Below are positions 31,889 to 43,417 of a stretch of DNA of 64,000 bases, piece by piece; position 1 is the first letter of the stretch, and the number at the start of each line of letters is the position of its first letter. The stretch covers positions 1 through 64,000 of the forward strand of contig JAANOX010000218.1 in the NCBI GenBank assembly GCA_020184695.1, written 5' to 3'. The notes under the pieces are model-generated. The model made no database searches. It was not told the origin of the DNA and saw nothing but the letters and a program-made list of their open reading frames with translations. The position numbers and the translations under genes were made by a program. Source of the stretch: Histomonas meleagridis 2922-C6/04-290x. Lineage: Eukaryota > Protista > Parabasalia.

Positions 31889-33408
31889 TTAAAATTTTGT
31901 AAATTTTATGTTAGCAAACTTAGTGAATTCCACAAATATCGATTGATTTTTGATAAAACAAATAAAAATTGAGTTTTATGGATTCTGAGAAAATGCGGAA
32001 TTTGATTAATTTATGAAGTGACATTGATGATTTCAAGTAGTTGATTAGTATCATCTAATAATTACAAGAGAGAACAAATTTTTATTGATTAACAAATATT
32101 CATTTTTCTTCTAACCAAGATATTTCGAAAGATAGATATCTGTTTGCTTGCAAGAATGATTTGGTGCCGTGTTTATCTTTATTTGCAATATTCATTTATG
32201 GTGAGAAAAAAACCACTTTTATGATAGGCATATTTCACATGAATTGTTTAATTGTTTTATATCAAATTGAAAAAACAGTTTTTGATGTGAGAAAGCATTC
32301 AAGGACTTAGTTTTCCTTGGTATTTTGATTTATGGTTTATTAATAAATAAATATTTAAATTATATCAAAAATTTGGTTTATATTCATCAAGAAAATTCCA
32401 ATTTCATACATATAAAAACTAAGATATCTTGTATTTGGTTGATAAAAAACAATTCAATATCGAAAAGAGTAACAACAATTGATGAAGACGTGGTTCACAT
32501 CAAAAACTGTTTTTCAATTTGATATAAAACATTTAAACAATTCATGATGTGATTGATTTATTCTGTTTGAATCTTCTTTATAGAAACGTCATATAAAGAA
32601 ATTTATCATATAATAGATGTGTGCTAAATTAAATAAAATTTTTCTTTTAATTTTTTCCTAGTGAGAATAAAAATGGAATTGTTTGGTAAATCATTTTTGT
32701 CTTTGAAAGTAAGTTTCAAAATCATTCTGAAACGAAAGTTTTATTAAAAATTAATACATGAGTTGCAATTTTTAAAAAATAATAAACGGTTTTTGATCGG
32801 TAAAGATTGAATGAGTGACGATCAAAAAATCTTTTACAATGTGAAATCTAGGTTGTTATGATGAAAAATCGCCCAAAAAGAGGATATATCATATGATATA
32901 ACCGTAGAATCACCCCACACCCATTCCCAGCATGTAAACAACAAAAACATTTTCACTTTTTTTGTATTTTGTTTTTAATGTATTTTTATAAAAGAAAACA
33001 GAACAACTTTCGATAAGTGTAAATGAATAAAACGCTTTTTGTTAATGAACAATCTAATTTTAATAGAGTGTATAAAAATGAAGCTGAACATATTTTTATA
33101 TATTGTAATGCCACAGAAATTCCATCATATGCACTTGAATTAATTCGTAAATTCACTATAATACTCGCAAGTTGTTCAAATTATTTTGTACAGCACTTCA
33201 TTTTGCATTGATATTGTTAAATTAATTCTTGAACAAAAAGGAATTAAAAAAAAATCAAAGTGATAAAGTCATTATCATGCACAAGCATTTCTATATATCA
33301 CGAAAATATTTCAACTGTACACTAAATGAAAAGAAAAATGACGAAATTACATATTACAAAAAACAAAAATAAATATAATTTTGAAGCAAAACCAAAAATC
33401 ATTTGCAT

Positions 33409-34224
33409 TTATAGATATTTCAATAGTTCATCACAACTTCTTTGCCTTTTATCATTGAGCTTCTGTTCATTTCTGCACATCTTTTGAAGCCTCTCTATGT
33501 ATAATGTGTCTGCTCGCGCTCTTAGCTCGTCCAGCAAGCTCTGGTTGAGTCTTACGCGTCTGAGATATTCCTTTGGCACTGCAAATCTTAATTCGTATTT
33601 CTTACTTCTGAACTCGCGATATGAATACTCATCGTAACTATCAAGATCGCGGAATCGGATTTGTTTGTCAATGTTTGAGTGGCCGAACAAAGAATTTTTG
33701 GTGAAAAATGAAAATAATATCATGAGAATAGATGGAACAGCAAATAGAAGTGCCATGAGCAATTCATTGTGACGCTGATTTTGTTGGCGATGTTGCCTTC
33801 TTTGATACGTATGATGATTTCCGAAACCCATGTTAGTGAACATTTGAAATAATTCTTCTGGTGTTATATCATCGCTAAATGTAAAGAATGGATCATTTCT
33901 ACGGAAGGCATTATAATGGAAACCATTATAAGGATTAGGTTGAGGGATTTCGGGCTTTGCATCACCAAAACGATCATACTGTGCTCTCTTATCTTGTTTA
34001 GAAAGAGTTTCATAAGCAATTGATATTTTTTGGAATGCCTCAGTCGCTTTTGGATGTTTATTTCGATCTGGATGAACCTTCAAAGCTATTCTTTTGTAGC
34101 TTCTTCTTACCTCTTCTGTTGTACAAGTTTTTTCGAGTTGAAGTACTTCATAATGAGTACGTGCTCTCAGAATTCTTTCACATTCTTCTTGCTGTTCAGC
34201 GCACATTGAAAACTGCCCGAACAA
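33409..34224 (-). CDS. DnaJ protein, DNAJB12/14-like
   Basis: J domain with HPD motif, G/F-like region, TM segment, luminal C-terminus ending SC..L. Confidence 0.9.
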   Translation of the reverse strand: MFGQFSMCAEQQEECERILRARTHYEVLQLEKTCTTEEVRRSYKRIALKVHPDRNKHPKATEAFQKISIAYETLSKQDKRAQYDRFGDAKPEIPQPNPYNGFHYNAFRRNDPFFTFSDDITPEELFQMFTNMGFGNHHTYQRRQHRQQNQRHNELLMALLFAVPSILMILFSFFTKNSLFGHSNIDKQIRFRDLDSYDEYSYREFRSKKYELRFAVPKEYLRRVRLNQSLLDELRARADTLYIERLQKMCRNEQKLNDKRQRSCDELLKYL

Positions 34225-34322
34225 ACAAAAAATTTTGCGCTATCGTAAAGCATTCAAAAAGAAATAAATAATTGAAATATTTGAGTTGCTACTGATCGTT
34301 TATTTTTAATCTTGGTAAAATA

Positions 34323-34919
34323 TTATTGTTTTGGTGAAAGTAAAAGTTTCAAATCAATACTTGCAAAGTTAAGCAAGAATGGATAATTTGAAACAGATTC
34401 TTTCCATTGTTTGAAATCAACAACGCCTTTTCCTTCTGGGTCGATTGTGCGGATAGTTGAATCGACTAAAATACTTACTTGTTCATCAGGAACATATGTT
34501 GATCTTTCTTTAACCACGACAGCCATGATCTCTTTGAATTTGTCAATTTTGATTAATCCATCCTTATCCATATCAAAAACATGGAACAAGAATTCAACCT
34601 TTTCTGATGCATCTGCTCTATCGCAGAGAGGGGATAAACCATGGATATATTCGGGAAAGTCAATTGTCTTATCTCCATTACGGTCAAATGCAGCAAAGAT
34701 ATATTCAGTCAGTTGTACACTTGACATACCTAGAATATCCATAAAGTCAGCTACGTTGATTCCTCCTTTGTGCTTATGCTCTTTAACAAGAACTTGAAAT
34801 CTGTCGTACAAAATTTTGATTTCTGCTTCAGAGAAGTGTGATGATGACGCCAATTCTGTTATCAGCTTGCGTGTAAGTTTAACCTTTTTAAGCTTGATTT
34901 GGCTTCCTTGTCCTCCCAT
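34323..34919 (-). CDS. Calcineurin B-like EF-hand protein
   Basis: MGGQGS myristoylation motif; EF hands DRNGDKTIDFPE, DMDKDGLI. Confidence 0.9.
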   Translation of the reverse strand: MGGQGSQIKLKKVKLTRKLITELASSSHFSEAEIKILYDRFQVLVKEHKHKGGINVADFMDILGMSSVQLTEYIFAAFDRNGDKTIDFPEYIHGLSPLCDRADASEKVEFLFHVFDMDKDGLIKIDKFKEIMAVVVKERSTYVPDEQVSILVDSTIRTIDPEGKGVVDFKQWKESVSNYPFLLNFASIDLKLLLSPKQ

Positions 34920-35398
34920 TAATAATTTGCGAGGCTTGTTCGGTTAATTTCGTGTTCCCAAAAATTCAGCTCCTATCAAAGAAATTGAAAAAATTGAATG
35001 TAAAAATTGCTTTTGTTTGTTTCATATTTCTATGTAATCTTCTGAAATAATTGTCAAATGACGAAGTAAAGTTGTGCACAGCAACTAAAAAGGGCGCCCT
35101 AAAATTCCGTTTCTTTTCTCAATTTTTTTTACACACGGTTTACGATGCATTGAAAAACAAAATAACCGATGAAATTGGTGGGATTCACATTCAAAATTGA
35201 CTTGATTCAATCGTTTACACTTTTGAAAATATTTCAAACTTCGCCCAATATTGTGAATAAATCCGATTAATAATTTCTCAAATTTGGCGGATGAAAACAA
35301 TCCACTTTTCAAAAACTGCCACTATATTCAATAGTTTATCTGATTTTTCGGGTTGTAAAACTTTTACAAAAAAAGATTTAGTTTTCATAATTCAGGGT

Positions 35399-35989
35399 TT
35401 AACAAAATAAATACTGTATATCAACATTGACACAATTTAAGATTGCAGGATTTTTAATTGCAGCGTTTTCAAATTCCTGAAAATCAATTACTCCATTTCC
35501 ATCTGTATCAATTTGTTGATATGTTTTGTCAACTAAAGATGATAACTTGTCTTCTGAAAGAGAAACAGAACTATTTTCTTTCAAGCTTAACGATAAAACA
35601 ATCATTAATTCATCTCTTTCAATCAACCCATCTTTGCTAATGTCAAACACATTAAAACAGAATCTTGCTTTTTCTGAAATGTTAGCTCTGCTACAAATTG
35701 CCGATAATCCATTTACAAACTCTATAAAATCAATTGTTGAATTTCCGTCACTATCAAAAGCTGCAAAAATCCGTTCAGCAAATTCCATATTTGAAAGTCC
35801 GAGAGCATTTTGGAAATCAAGGATATCTATTCCACCTTTTCTTTTACCTATTTTTGATAGTTCTTTAAATCTTCCATGCAAAACTTTTATTTCATCCACA
35901 GTAAAATGAGTTGAAGCTTCTAGCTCTAACATCAATTTTTTTGTGACATTAATTTTTTTAATTTTTATTTTGCTTCCTTTGTTTCCCAT
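35399..35989 (-). CDS. Calcineurin B-like EF-hand protein (tandem paralog)
   Basis: True start MGNKGS at 35989; EF hands DSDGNSTIDFIE, DISKDGLIERDE, DTDGNGVIDFQE. Confidence 0.92.
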   Translation of the reverse strand: MGNKGSKIKIKKINVTKKLMLELEASTHFTVDEIKVLHGRFKELSKIGKRKGGIDILDFQNALGLSNMEFAERIFAAFDSDGNSTIDFIEFVNGLSAICSRANISEKARFCFNVFDISKDGLIERDELMIVLSLSLKENSSVSLSEDKLSSLVDKTYQQIDTDGNGVIDFQEFENAAIKNPAILNCVNVDIQYLFC

Positions 35990-36631
35990 ATTTTGATGTG
36001 AAATCATTCTGCAGTACAAATCAAAACCGTTAAGCTGGACTCAATTAACGGTGTTTTGATTCAAAATTAACGTTATTTTGGGTTACTGACTTTCGGAGGT
36101 TCGCCATTTTTTCTGAGAAGTTTCCATTGAAATAGCGGTTTTTTGATTTCATAAAATCTTGCCGACAAGAAAAAGATAATTGTGTGATCATCGATTTGTT
36201 CGAAACTTCTAAGAAATTTTCTATGTTTTTTATTATGAATGATTAAAAATTGGATTACTTTCGAATAATTTTTTATAATAAAATGTTTATCTTCTCATTA
36301 AATAAATTTTTTTATCTGTAAAATATCATCTTCAAAATTTGATATTTCTAAAATAACTCATTTATTTATGAAACTTTGTAAATGAATGAATTATGAATAC
36401 AACTTTTATATGTGATTATTTTATTCTATATTGAAGTCATATGATTTCTATTGCATGTTTCTATCCACAAAAACTTGAAACCTAGATTTAAAAGATGATA
36501 TGTTTCATCCTCTTTTTTGTCAACTTTCTTTTAATTTTTAATTGAACTCAAATATTTTTCTCAAATTATTTGTTTAATTTTGTTAAAGGTGTTGAACATA
36601 AATTAATTTGTAATTTATTTGTTATATTAAT

Positions 36632-37054
36632 ATGTTCATATTAAGCTTAGTGATTGTTTCATATTGGATTGTACCCACATTAAGTAAAACACTAAATGAA
36701 ACATTTTCTGTTGCTCAGGGTAATTTTTCTGAAGCATCATCATCAAACAATAATCATGAAACAGGAGATGGAAGGATGAAAAGATTTGTAAAAACACTTT
36801 TTACAATGCCTTTGATTGGAAGAAAGGAAGAAACGAAGATCAAAATTGATTTGTTGTTTTATTTAGCTGTTTTAGCCTGTATAATGTCAGGCTTATGCCT
36901 TGCATTTGTCTTAGCATGGGTTATTTATATCTTCACTCGATCACGAAAGTCTTCATATCGCACACCGAAAGAAGATCAAAACGTGCATATAGAAACGCCA
37001 CAAATAAACAATCTATATGAATATTATAGAGAAGAGAAAGACAAATGGATTTAA
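36632..37054 (+). CDS. Small membrane protein
   Basis: N-terminal hydrophobic segment and a second TM stretch (LLFYLAVLACIMSGLCLAFVLAWVIYIF) followed by basic residues. Confidence 0.6.
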   Translation: MFILSLVIVSYWIVPTLSKTLNETFSVAQGNFSEASSSNNNHETGDGRMKRFVKTLFTMPLIGRKEETKIKIDLLFYLAVLACIMSGLCLAFVLAWVIYIFTRSRKSSYRTPKEDQNVHIETPQINNLYEYYREEKDKWI

Positions 37055-37219
37055 ATAAGTAAATCATTTTAATTTTAATATTTTATTATGAATTCCATAT
37101 TTTTAATATTTAAAATCATTTCTTTGGTTCCAAGAACATTTTTAATGAATTAATTCATACGAATGCTGCACAAGTTATATTATTACATTTAAAAGATTAT
37201 TTTCATTAGAAATATTTAT

Positions 37220-38635
37220 TTATTTTTTGTTATATACGAATCTAATTGACTTCACATTCTTCCACTCCTCATTATCCTCGCTCACCAGCTCTGCATCCTC
37301 AAACCTTTTAATGGTGTCCATTGCCTCCATCATTGTCTTATTGATTTCCTCCAATGGTTCCTCCAACATCATTTGCGCCTCGTTCGCAACTTCATCATTT
37401 TGGGAGAACACCAAACTATCCATCTTATCCATTGCGTCTATTCTTTGCATTAACTCGTAGAAGATATCCGATCGATTTTGGATTTCTAACGTATATTTCA
37501 TCGAATGCAAATTTTTCAAAACCAAATATTGGAGTGTATCATTATCATCAATTTTAGAAAAGATGAAAGAAAGAATTTGCTCAAGTGGTAATTGCATAAG
37601 AAACTCAAATGAAGAAGAAGCTAAAATTTGTGAAAAGATCCACACAATTAAGAACAATACACGAAAAGTGGAATGCTCAGAAAGCTCAATAAAACTCAAA
37701 ATATTACATTGGTATATTATTTCAGGATTGATGACGGCGGCTGCACGGATGAACTGAAGCGCAGAGTATTGGATAATTTGATTGGTAGAATGACATAATT
37801 CAATGAAACTTGGTATCGGTAATATGCCAATATCAATTTGTGAAAGTTGGATACAATGGGTGAGAATGGATATACTGGCTTCAATGTGCTCAGGAACTGT
37901 CCCATGAATGATATAGTTGAGCAAAAAATCAAGATAATTTTCCAAGATAAGACCACTGGCACCACAGCCTCGATACCGGCAATAAGATGAGATAACCCAT
38001 AGCGAGAGGCGCGTGATCTCATCATTGGGTTGCTTGACAAGGAAAAAAAGATAATCAATAAATTCTTTTTTGGGCACAACATGACGTGATAAATGATGAA
38101 TAAGAATAACATATGATACGGTGATGGGACGCTGACCATATGAATTGATGATTTCATATATTTTATCTGAATAAATTGATAAATCTGAAATTTCGGAACA
38201 AAAATTGCAAAGAAGATCTACAAGGTATGTGATATCAGTACCTGGAGGTGAATTCATCAGAAGAGTAAATAAATGTTGAAGAAGATCTACTGGAAATTCT
38301 TTTACAAATCCATCAGTTAAATATATAATACGCGCAAGGAGTTTTGAGACAAGCAAAACTAATTCAACATTATTTAAACATAAAATAGATACAAGATTCT
38401 TAATAAAATTAACTTCATTAAATTGATCTACTGAAAGCTTAACATGTGGCACGAGGATCTCACAAAGTTGTTGAGATGCATTGGAAATATTTGCAGGATT
38501 TTGTGAAATTACAGCTTGGTTGAAATTATTAATATTATTACTTATTAAAGTATGGTATTCAGCAAGTTCTTCTGTGGAGAGACTTGAAAAATTTGAGTTA
38601 CTTCTTAGTTCTTTCCTTGTGGATATACCATCCAT
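37220..38635 (-). CDS. ARM/HEAT-repeat (importin-alpha-like) hypothetical protein
   Basis: About 470-aa helical repeat ORF; start MDGIS at 38635 preferred; C-terminal N.EVANEA as in importin-alpha-like proteins. Confidence 0.6.
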   Translation of the reverse strand: MDGISTRKELRSNSNFSSLSTEELAEYHTLISNNINNFNQAVISQNPANISNASQQLCEILVPHVKLSVDQFNEVNFIKNLVSILCLNNVELVLLVSKLLARIIYLTDGFVKEFPVDLLQHLFTLLMNSPPGTDITYLVDLLCNFCSEISDLSIYSDKIYEIINSYGQRPITVSYVILIHHLSRHVVPKKEFIDYLFFLVKQPNDEITRLSLWVISSYCRYRGCGASGLILENYLDFLLNYIIHGTVPEHIEASISILTHCIQLSQIDIGILPIPSFIELCHSTNQIIQYSALQFIRAAAVINPEIIYQCNILSFIELSEHSTFRVLFLIVWIFSQILASSSFEFLMQLPLEQILSFIFSKIDDNDTLQYLVLKNLHSMKYTLEIQNRSDIFYELMQRIDAMDKMDSLVFSQNDEVANEAQMMLEEPLEEINKTMMEAMDTIKRFEDAELVSEDNEEWKNVKSIRFVYNKK

Positions 38636-38962
38636 AATTTGGATGGCTTTTATATCACATGTCAGTCCGAACACTGATTTTTCTTTGTTCGTATAAATCT
38701 CAATTTATAAGATCTAGTAGTAAGAAGGAAGCATTCTTGTAGATACCCAAATAAATTATTTTGGTTTATGTATAAATTTTTGATAATAACATTATTTTTC
38801 AATATAATTAATAAGTAATTTCATGAAATATTTAACCTCATCTCATGGTGTAATCATTTGTAGCTGATAAAGAGTCTTTATTTGTTGGGAAAAAACAAAC
38901 TCTGGATACAATTTGAAATGAAAATGCACAAATAAAGATGATATGGGAAACCGTTTAACCAA

Positions 38963-39430
38963 ATGGAAGAAGTAACTGCATTTATTGAAAGCTTGGAATT
39001 AAAAAAAGTACAATATAAAGATGTTTGCGAAGCTTATGCATACATTGTTGGTTATTCTTGGAGAAACATACGGGAACATAAAAAAATTGAAAATCAAGAA
39101 TCCATATCCACTCGACAAACAAAAGAAAATAAAAAAGGTGAACCTAAAGCAAGTAAAACTACAGCAAAATCAAAACAAATTTTATCACCAAATCGTGATT
39201 TTATTGATGGAAAAAGAGTTCCTCTTATTTGGGATGACGAGGAAATATCGTATTTGAAAAAAGGCATTGAAGAATTCGGATATGGAGCCTGGGCTAAGAT
39301 ACGCGATGAGTACGAAATATTTCAAACTAATGGAAGGACAGCAAAAGACATTTGTGACAAAGCCCGTAGTTACAGAAGATCAAATGAAAGTTTCCGCAAA
39401 CATTGTGAAAAATATCCAAAAATAATATAA
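38963..39430 (+). CDS. Single-Myb protein, TRF/telobox-like
   Basis: C-terminal WDDEEISYLKKGIEEFGYGAWAKIRDEYEIFQTNGRTAKDICDKAR. Confidence 0.7.
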   Translation: MEEVTAFIESLELKKVQYKDVCEAYAYIVGYSWRNIREHKKIENQESISTRQTKENKKGEPKASKTTAKSKQILSPNRDFIDGKRVPLIWDDEEISYLKKGIEEFGYGAWAKIRDEYEIFQTNGRTAKDICDKARSYRRSNESFRKHCEKYPKII

Positions 39431-39597
39431 ATTCAAAAATAATTTATATTATTAAATTTGGTTTTTTTAAAGTTTCATTGCCTAATAAAGGCAAACAACA
39501 GGAAAAATAACAACAACCAAATTTTAAATAAAAATCACATTTTCATTTTTGCTTAAGATAATGCTAACAAACATTGTCAATTTAAATTTGGATCCAA

Positions 39598-40161
39598 ATG
39601 CGTGAAAATAGTGGGTTACATTATTGCAAAATGCAAACATTAATTCCTATTAGCTTACGCGATGAAAAGCTCCAGCTTATAGAAAGTTGCTATGGAAATG
39701 GTAAACAAATCTCTCAAGAATATACAGTTTATCAACAAGCAAATATTATTATACGAATTGATGAAGATCTTACCACCAACACTGATGACCACACTATAGT
39801 CACTCTTGGTGAACTCAAGCGCGCGCCTCAAGAAGGAATTACAACTCAACATGCATTGATTTCACATGTTTCAGGCGATGCACACAAATTTATTAGATCT
39901 ATGGGACATCAGCCAACACATACATGGATTGAACGTGGATATAGTTTTGAGTATGAATCTATCACTATCAAAATTTTTGAAATTTTATCATGGCAAGAAG
40001 TCTCAATTGATCCAGACAACGTTGCTATTTCAATTGAGGGCTTTTCTCCGATTCAGGAGACAGCAACTAAGAGCCTTTGCAATCAAATCCAAAGCATCTA
40101 CATGAACTTACTGTATGGTATTCAACCATTCACACCAGGAAATCAATTCATACGTTCTTAA
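39598..40161 (+). CDS. Hypothetical protein, MED18-like (CYTH-fold) candidate
   Basis: ISHVSGDAHKFIRSMGHQPTHTWIERGYSFEYESITIKIFEI resembles the Med18 core; start may be MQTL at 39631. Confidence 0.5.
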   Translation: MRENSGLHYCKMQTLIPISLRDEKLQLIESCYGNGKQISQEYTVYQQANIIIRIDEDLTTNTDDHTIVTLGELKRAPQEGITTQHALISHVSGDAHKFIRSMGHQPTHTWIERGYSFEYESITIKIFEILSWQEVSIDPDNVAISIEGFSPIQETATKSLCNQIQSIYMNLLYGIQPFTPGNQFIRS

Positions 40162-40439
40162 TATGGTATAATGTACTTTTTTCTTATGAAATAGGAGTCA
40201 AAAATATCTGAATAAAATAAATTATTTTATTACTTTTCTTATTCCAGAAACTTCTAAAGCCTAAGTGATCATTTTTAAATAATGTTACTTCCATCATTAT
40301 ATATTTATTTTTTTATTTCTTAACAACATTTAGCAAGCATCAATTTAAATGATTTATAAAAAAGTGCTCTTTTGAATTCGTTTACAACGAATTTCTGTTT
40401 CAAGAAAAAATTGTTAGTGATTTAGACAAATTTGTTATT

Positions 40440-42500
40440 TTACTCAATATAAGCTAAATGTGTATCACCTTTTCTTTCCAAATATCCATCTTCTACAAGT
40501 ACATCTATCGATCTTTTAACTTCATCTGTCGAAGTCGGGAATAAGCACGCAATATCATTGATTGTTTTGTCTATCAGTTGCCTAATGTTCATCATTCGAT
40601 TTGCTTTCATTATCCTTACGACTGCTGCTTTGACACATATGAACCTAGAAACGTCATTATTCTTAGGCTTGACTGCTTTAGGGCTCCAGTTGTCAGCGAT
40701 CATGGCTTTCTTTTGTTGAAAGTTCATGTTAAATGAAATAATTTGATCACCATTTTCTTTCTTAGTTAATAAGAGGATCTTAGATGAAACAAGCGTTTTC
40801 AAAACAGACTCGAGATGTGATTTTGTGATGCCAATGGTATCGATTAATGAGTTAATTGGAATTTGTAAATTTCCATTTTCTTCAAAAAGATGCAATATAT
40901 CATATTGTGGTATGGATGTAATGAGATCAGAGACACCAGCAGTGGTTTTAAGACGCATTTCAGTTGTGGCGAAGTAATGTGACCATTCAATTTTCTTACT
41001 TGGAAATCGCTTGGAAATAAGATTAGTGGCACTGCCCACTAAAGAATTGTATTCGCGAGGAAGTAAGAATTTGTTGGAAAAGTTCTTATTAGGCTTGAAA
41101 GATAAACATGTAAATATGTAAGAAAAGTTGGGAAGAGTTGGCTCAGTACATATACGAGTCTCATCTATGATTTGTCTAGCTTCTTTAAGATTTTCATCGA
41201 GAACAACGGCAGCTATTGAATCCAAAAATTTGGCTTCGTAGGAAATACCAATGGTAGACCGTGTAACAATACGGTAGAAAAGGTTACATGTATGAACTGA
41301 TACAAATAAATCTCGTTCATAAACTAATGAAAGAAGACGAGATATATTTGATTGTGTGACCTTAGATTTGAATGCATTGCCACGTTTAAGATAGGTATCA
41401 ACAATGTATGAAAGAGCAATAGGATACTTTTCTCCAAATTTAGCCGAGAATTTAGCTTTGTTTAATAGCTCCGATAGAACTTTATTTGTCACTTTTCTAA
41501 AAGTGACATCGTTTAAAAGATTTAAGAAATTTTCTTGAATTTGGAGTAATTGGAGCATCTTAAGAGCAAGGTTGCGAATAATAAGCTCTTTTTCGAGAGG
41601 AACAATGAAAGATTTTATGGTATTATTGAATATTTCAATAATTATTTTCTTTGTAGAATCAGTAGGATAAAAAGAAAGAGCAGAAAGGAGTAAAGCTTCT
41701 GATGGTGGTGGAGTTTTTAGAAATAGATCATTTCCATGGTAACTAAATATAATAGATTTGATCTTATCAAGATTAGGCTGAATTCCAATTTCATAAAAAG
41801 ACTTACAAACAAATTCTTTGGCAGACGTACTTTCAAGAGAATTAACAATATGTGAGAGAACTGGAATTATTTTTGGATATAAATTTATGTCAAGCGATTT
41901 ATATTTAGTAAAGACAGCTTGTATTTTGGGATATATTTGGTTTGTCATTATTTCGTAAAAATTTTTGGATCTGTCAGCAGTTGACGCATAATAAATTAAT
42001 GAAATAAGAGAATGGAAAGATGTAAGATCAGCTGTCTGGTAGTTTTCGAAAAGAGATTCTAGGCTGGAAATTCCGCTGTCGATTACTTCGTTGATTTTTT
42101 GTGAAAATATATTATCAAAAAATAATTTGCAAAATATTGCTTGGATTGAACAAGTACTTGAAAGCTTTAAAAAACAGAATTTTCTCTTTTCAATGGTATT
42201 ACAAATATGGGTAAAAACTGTTGATTTCTTTTGGATCAGCTTGAGGTATAACTCATATTGTGGAATTATATCTTTTGCTGATGATTTTATTTCATTATCT
42301 AGAAAATTACAAATAAACTCAAATAAATTCTCAAATGGTGAATCATAAGGATTTGAATTGGGTTGAATAATTTGAGGTTCGATTGTTGATAAATAATATA
42401 CTGAATAAGAGACTGAAACATATTCATTTGGGGTTATTATGAAGTTAGGCAATGAAACTATATTGTGAATAAAGCTTTTCAGCCTTTCCAAGTGCTGCAT
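40440..42500 (-). CDS. Divergent cullin-family protein
   Basis: KKIEWSHY; C-terminal neddylation winged helix VKAAVVRIMKANR...VKRSIDVLVEDGYLER. Confidence 0.88.
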   Translation of the reverse strand: MQHLERLKSFIHNIVSLPNFIITPNEYVSVSYSVYYLSTIEPQIIQPNSNPYDSPFENLFEFICNFLDNEIKSSAKDIIPQYELYLKLIQKKSTVFTHICNTIEKRKFCFLKLSSTCSIQAIFCKLFFDNIFSQKINEVIDSGISSLESLFENYQTADLTSFHSLISLIYYASTADRSKNFYEIMTNQIYPKIQAVFTKYKSLDINLYPKIIPVLSHIVNSLESTSAKEFVCKSFYEIGIQPNLDKIKSIIFSYHGNDLFLKTPPPSEALLLSALSFYPTDSTKKIIIEIFNNTIKSFIVPLEKELIIRNLALKMLQLLQIQENFLNLLNDVTFRKVTNKVLSELLNKAKFSAKFGEKYPIALSYIVDTYLKRGNAFKSKVTQSNISRLLSLVYERDLFVSVHTCNLFYRIVTRSTIGISYEAKFLDSIAAVVLDENLKEARQIIDETRICTEPTLPNFSYIFTCLSFKPNKNFSNKFLLPREYNSLVGSATNLISKRFPSKKIEWSHYFATTEMRLKTTAGVSDLITSIPQYDILHLFEENGNLQIPINSLIDTIGITKSHLESVLKTLVSSKILLLTKKENGDQIISFNMNFQQKKAMIADNWSPKAVKPKNNDVSRFICVKAAVVRIMKANRMMNIRQLIDKTINDIACLFPTSTDEVKRSIDVLVEDGYLERKGDTHLAYIE

Positions 42501-43417
42501 TGACTTTTGAGATTCAAATTGCCAGTTTTATTGGGGTGGTCCGAAAATTGTAATTTTTTGGAAATGAGAAAGGCTTTATATATCTTAGATATAGAAAAGA
42601 ATGCAAAGGGTGTGTAAAAACAACACGTACATGAGTAAGACATTCAAAAAATCTTGATTAAGAGAGATAATCGACTTCGCATTAAAATAACTTGAAGTAA
42701 ATCTCTTTTTCTCACGAAAGAATCAAATGTACTACTTTACCATTCTAAATGTTGTTGGTTATTATTATTACGATACTTGTTTACTTGCAACAGTTTTCGA
42801 TTTAGAATTTAAAAAAAAAAAACTTATAATCTTAACATTACACTCCAATTTTTCCTTATTAGTCTGACGTTTATGTCCATTTTTAATTTTAATTATATTT
42901 AGTAGATTCTCTTACATATTTGTAATAACATAATAACTTCAATAAAATATCATATTTATCGAATCAAACGATGTAATTGATACAGCACCATCCTTTAAAT
43001 TTGTTATTATGATTTATCCTTACTTAGAAAAGTTGAAAAAAAACTCATTTGTTATTGTTGTTTTATCATTATTTTCGTAAACATCAGAAATTTTTGCTTT
43101 TGTTAGAAAATGTATTGAATTGTGAACTGTTCCACCGTTATCTGAAAATATCTATCAACGGCTGGTGATATTTCATTTTTTTCTGGCATGATTTCAAAAA
43201 TTAACGTTTTTAAAAACTTTTCGAGTGGAAGAAGATTTTGACTCCACTTTTTGTTAAATATAAAAGGTGTTAATTCAATTATCATTTTACAACAAATACA
43301 AAATTGAATCGATTTCGGACACCAAAGCTGTTGGAACGTTGGTCTTAACTTGGCGTAAAGCAATGAAATGTCGGACAGATAAGTCGTAAAATAAACAAAA
43401 AGTATCGAGGAGACAAG

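Noticed and set aside
26233-32900. Perfect 14-16 bp palindromes (26233, 28668, 30740, 30788, 32885)
   Set aside because: By rough estimate, several to a dozen are expected by chance in 64 kb at this AT content; they share no sequence
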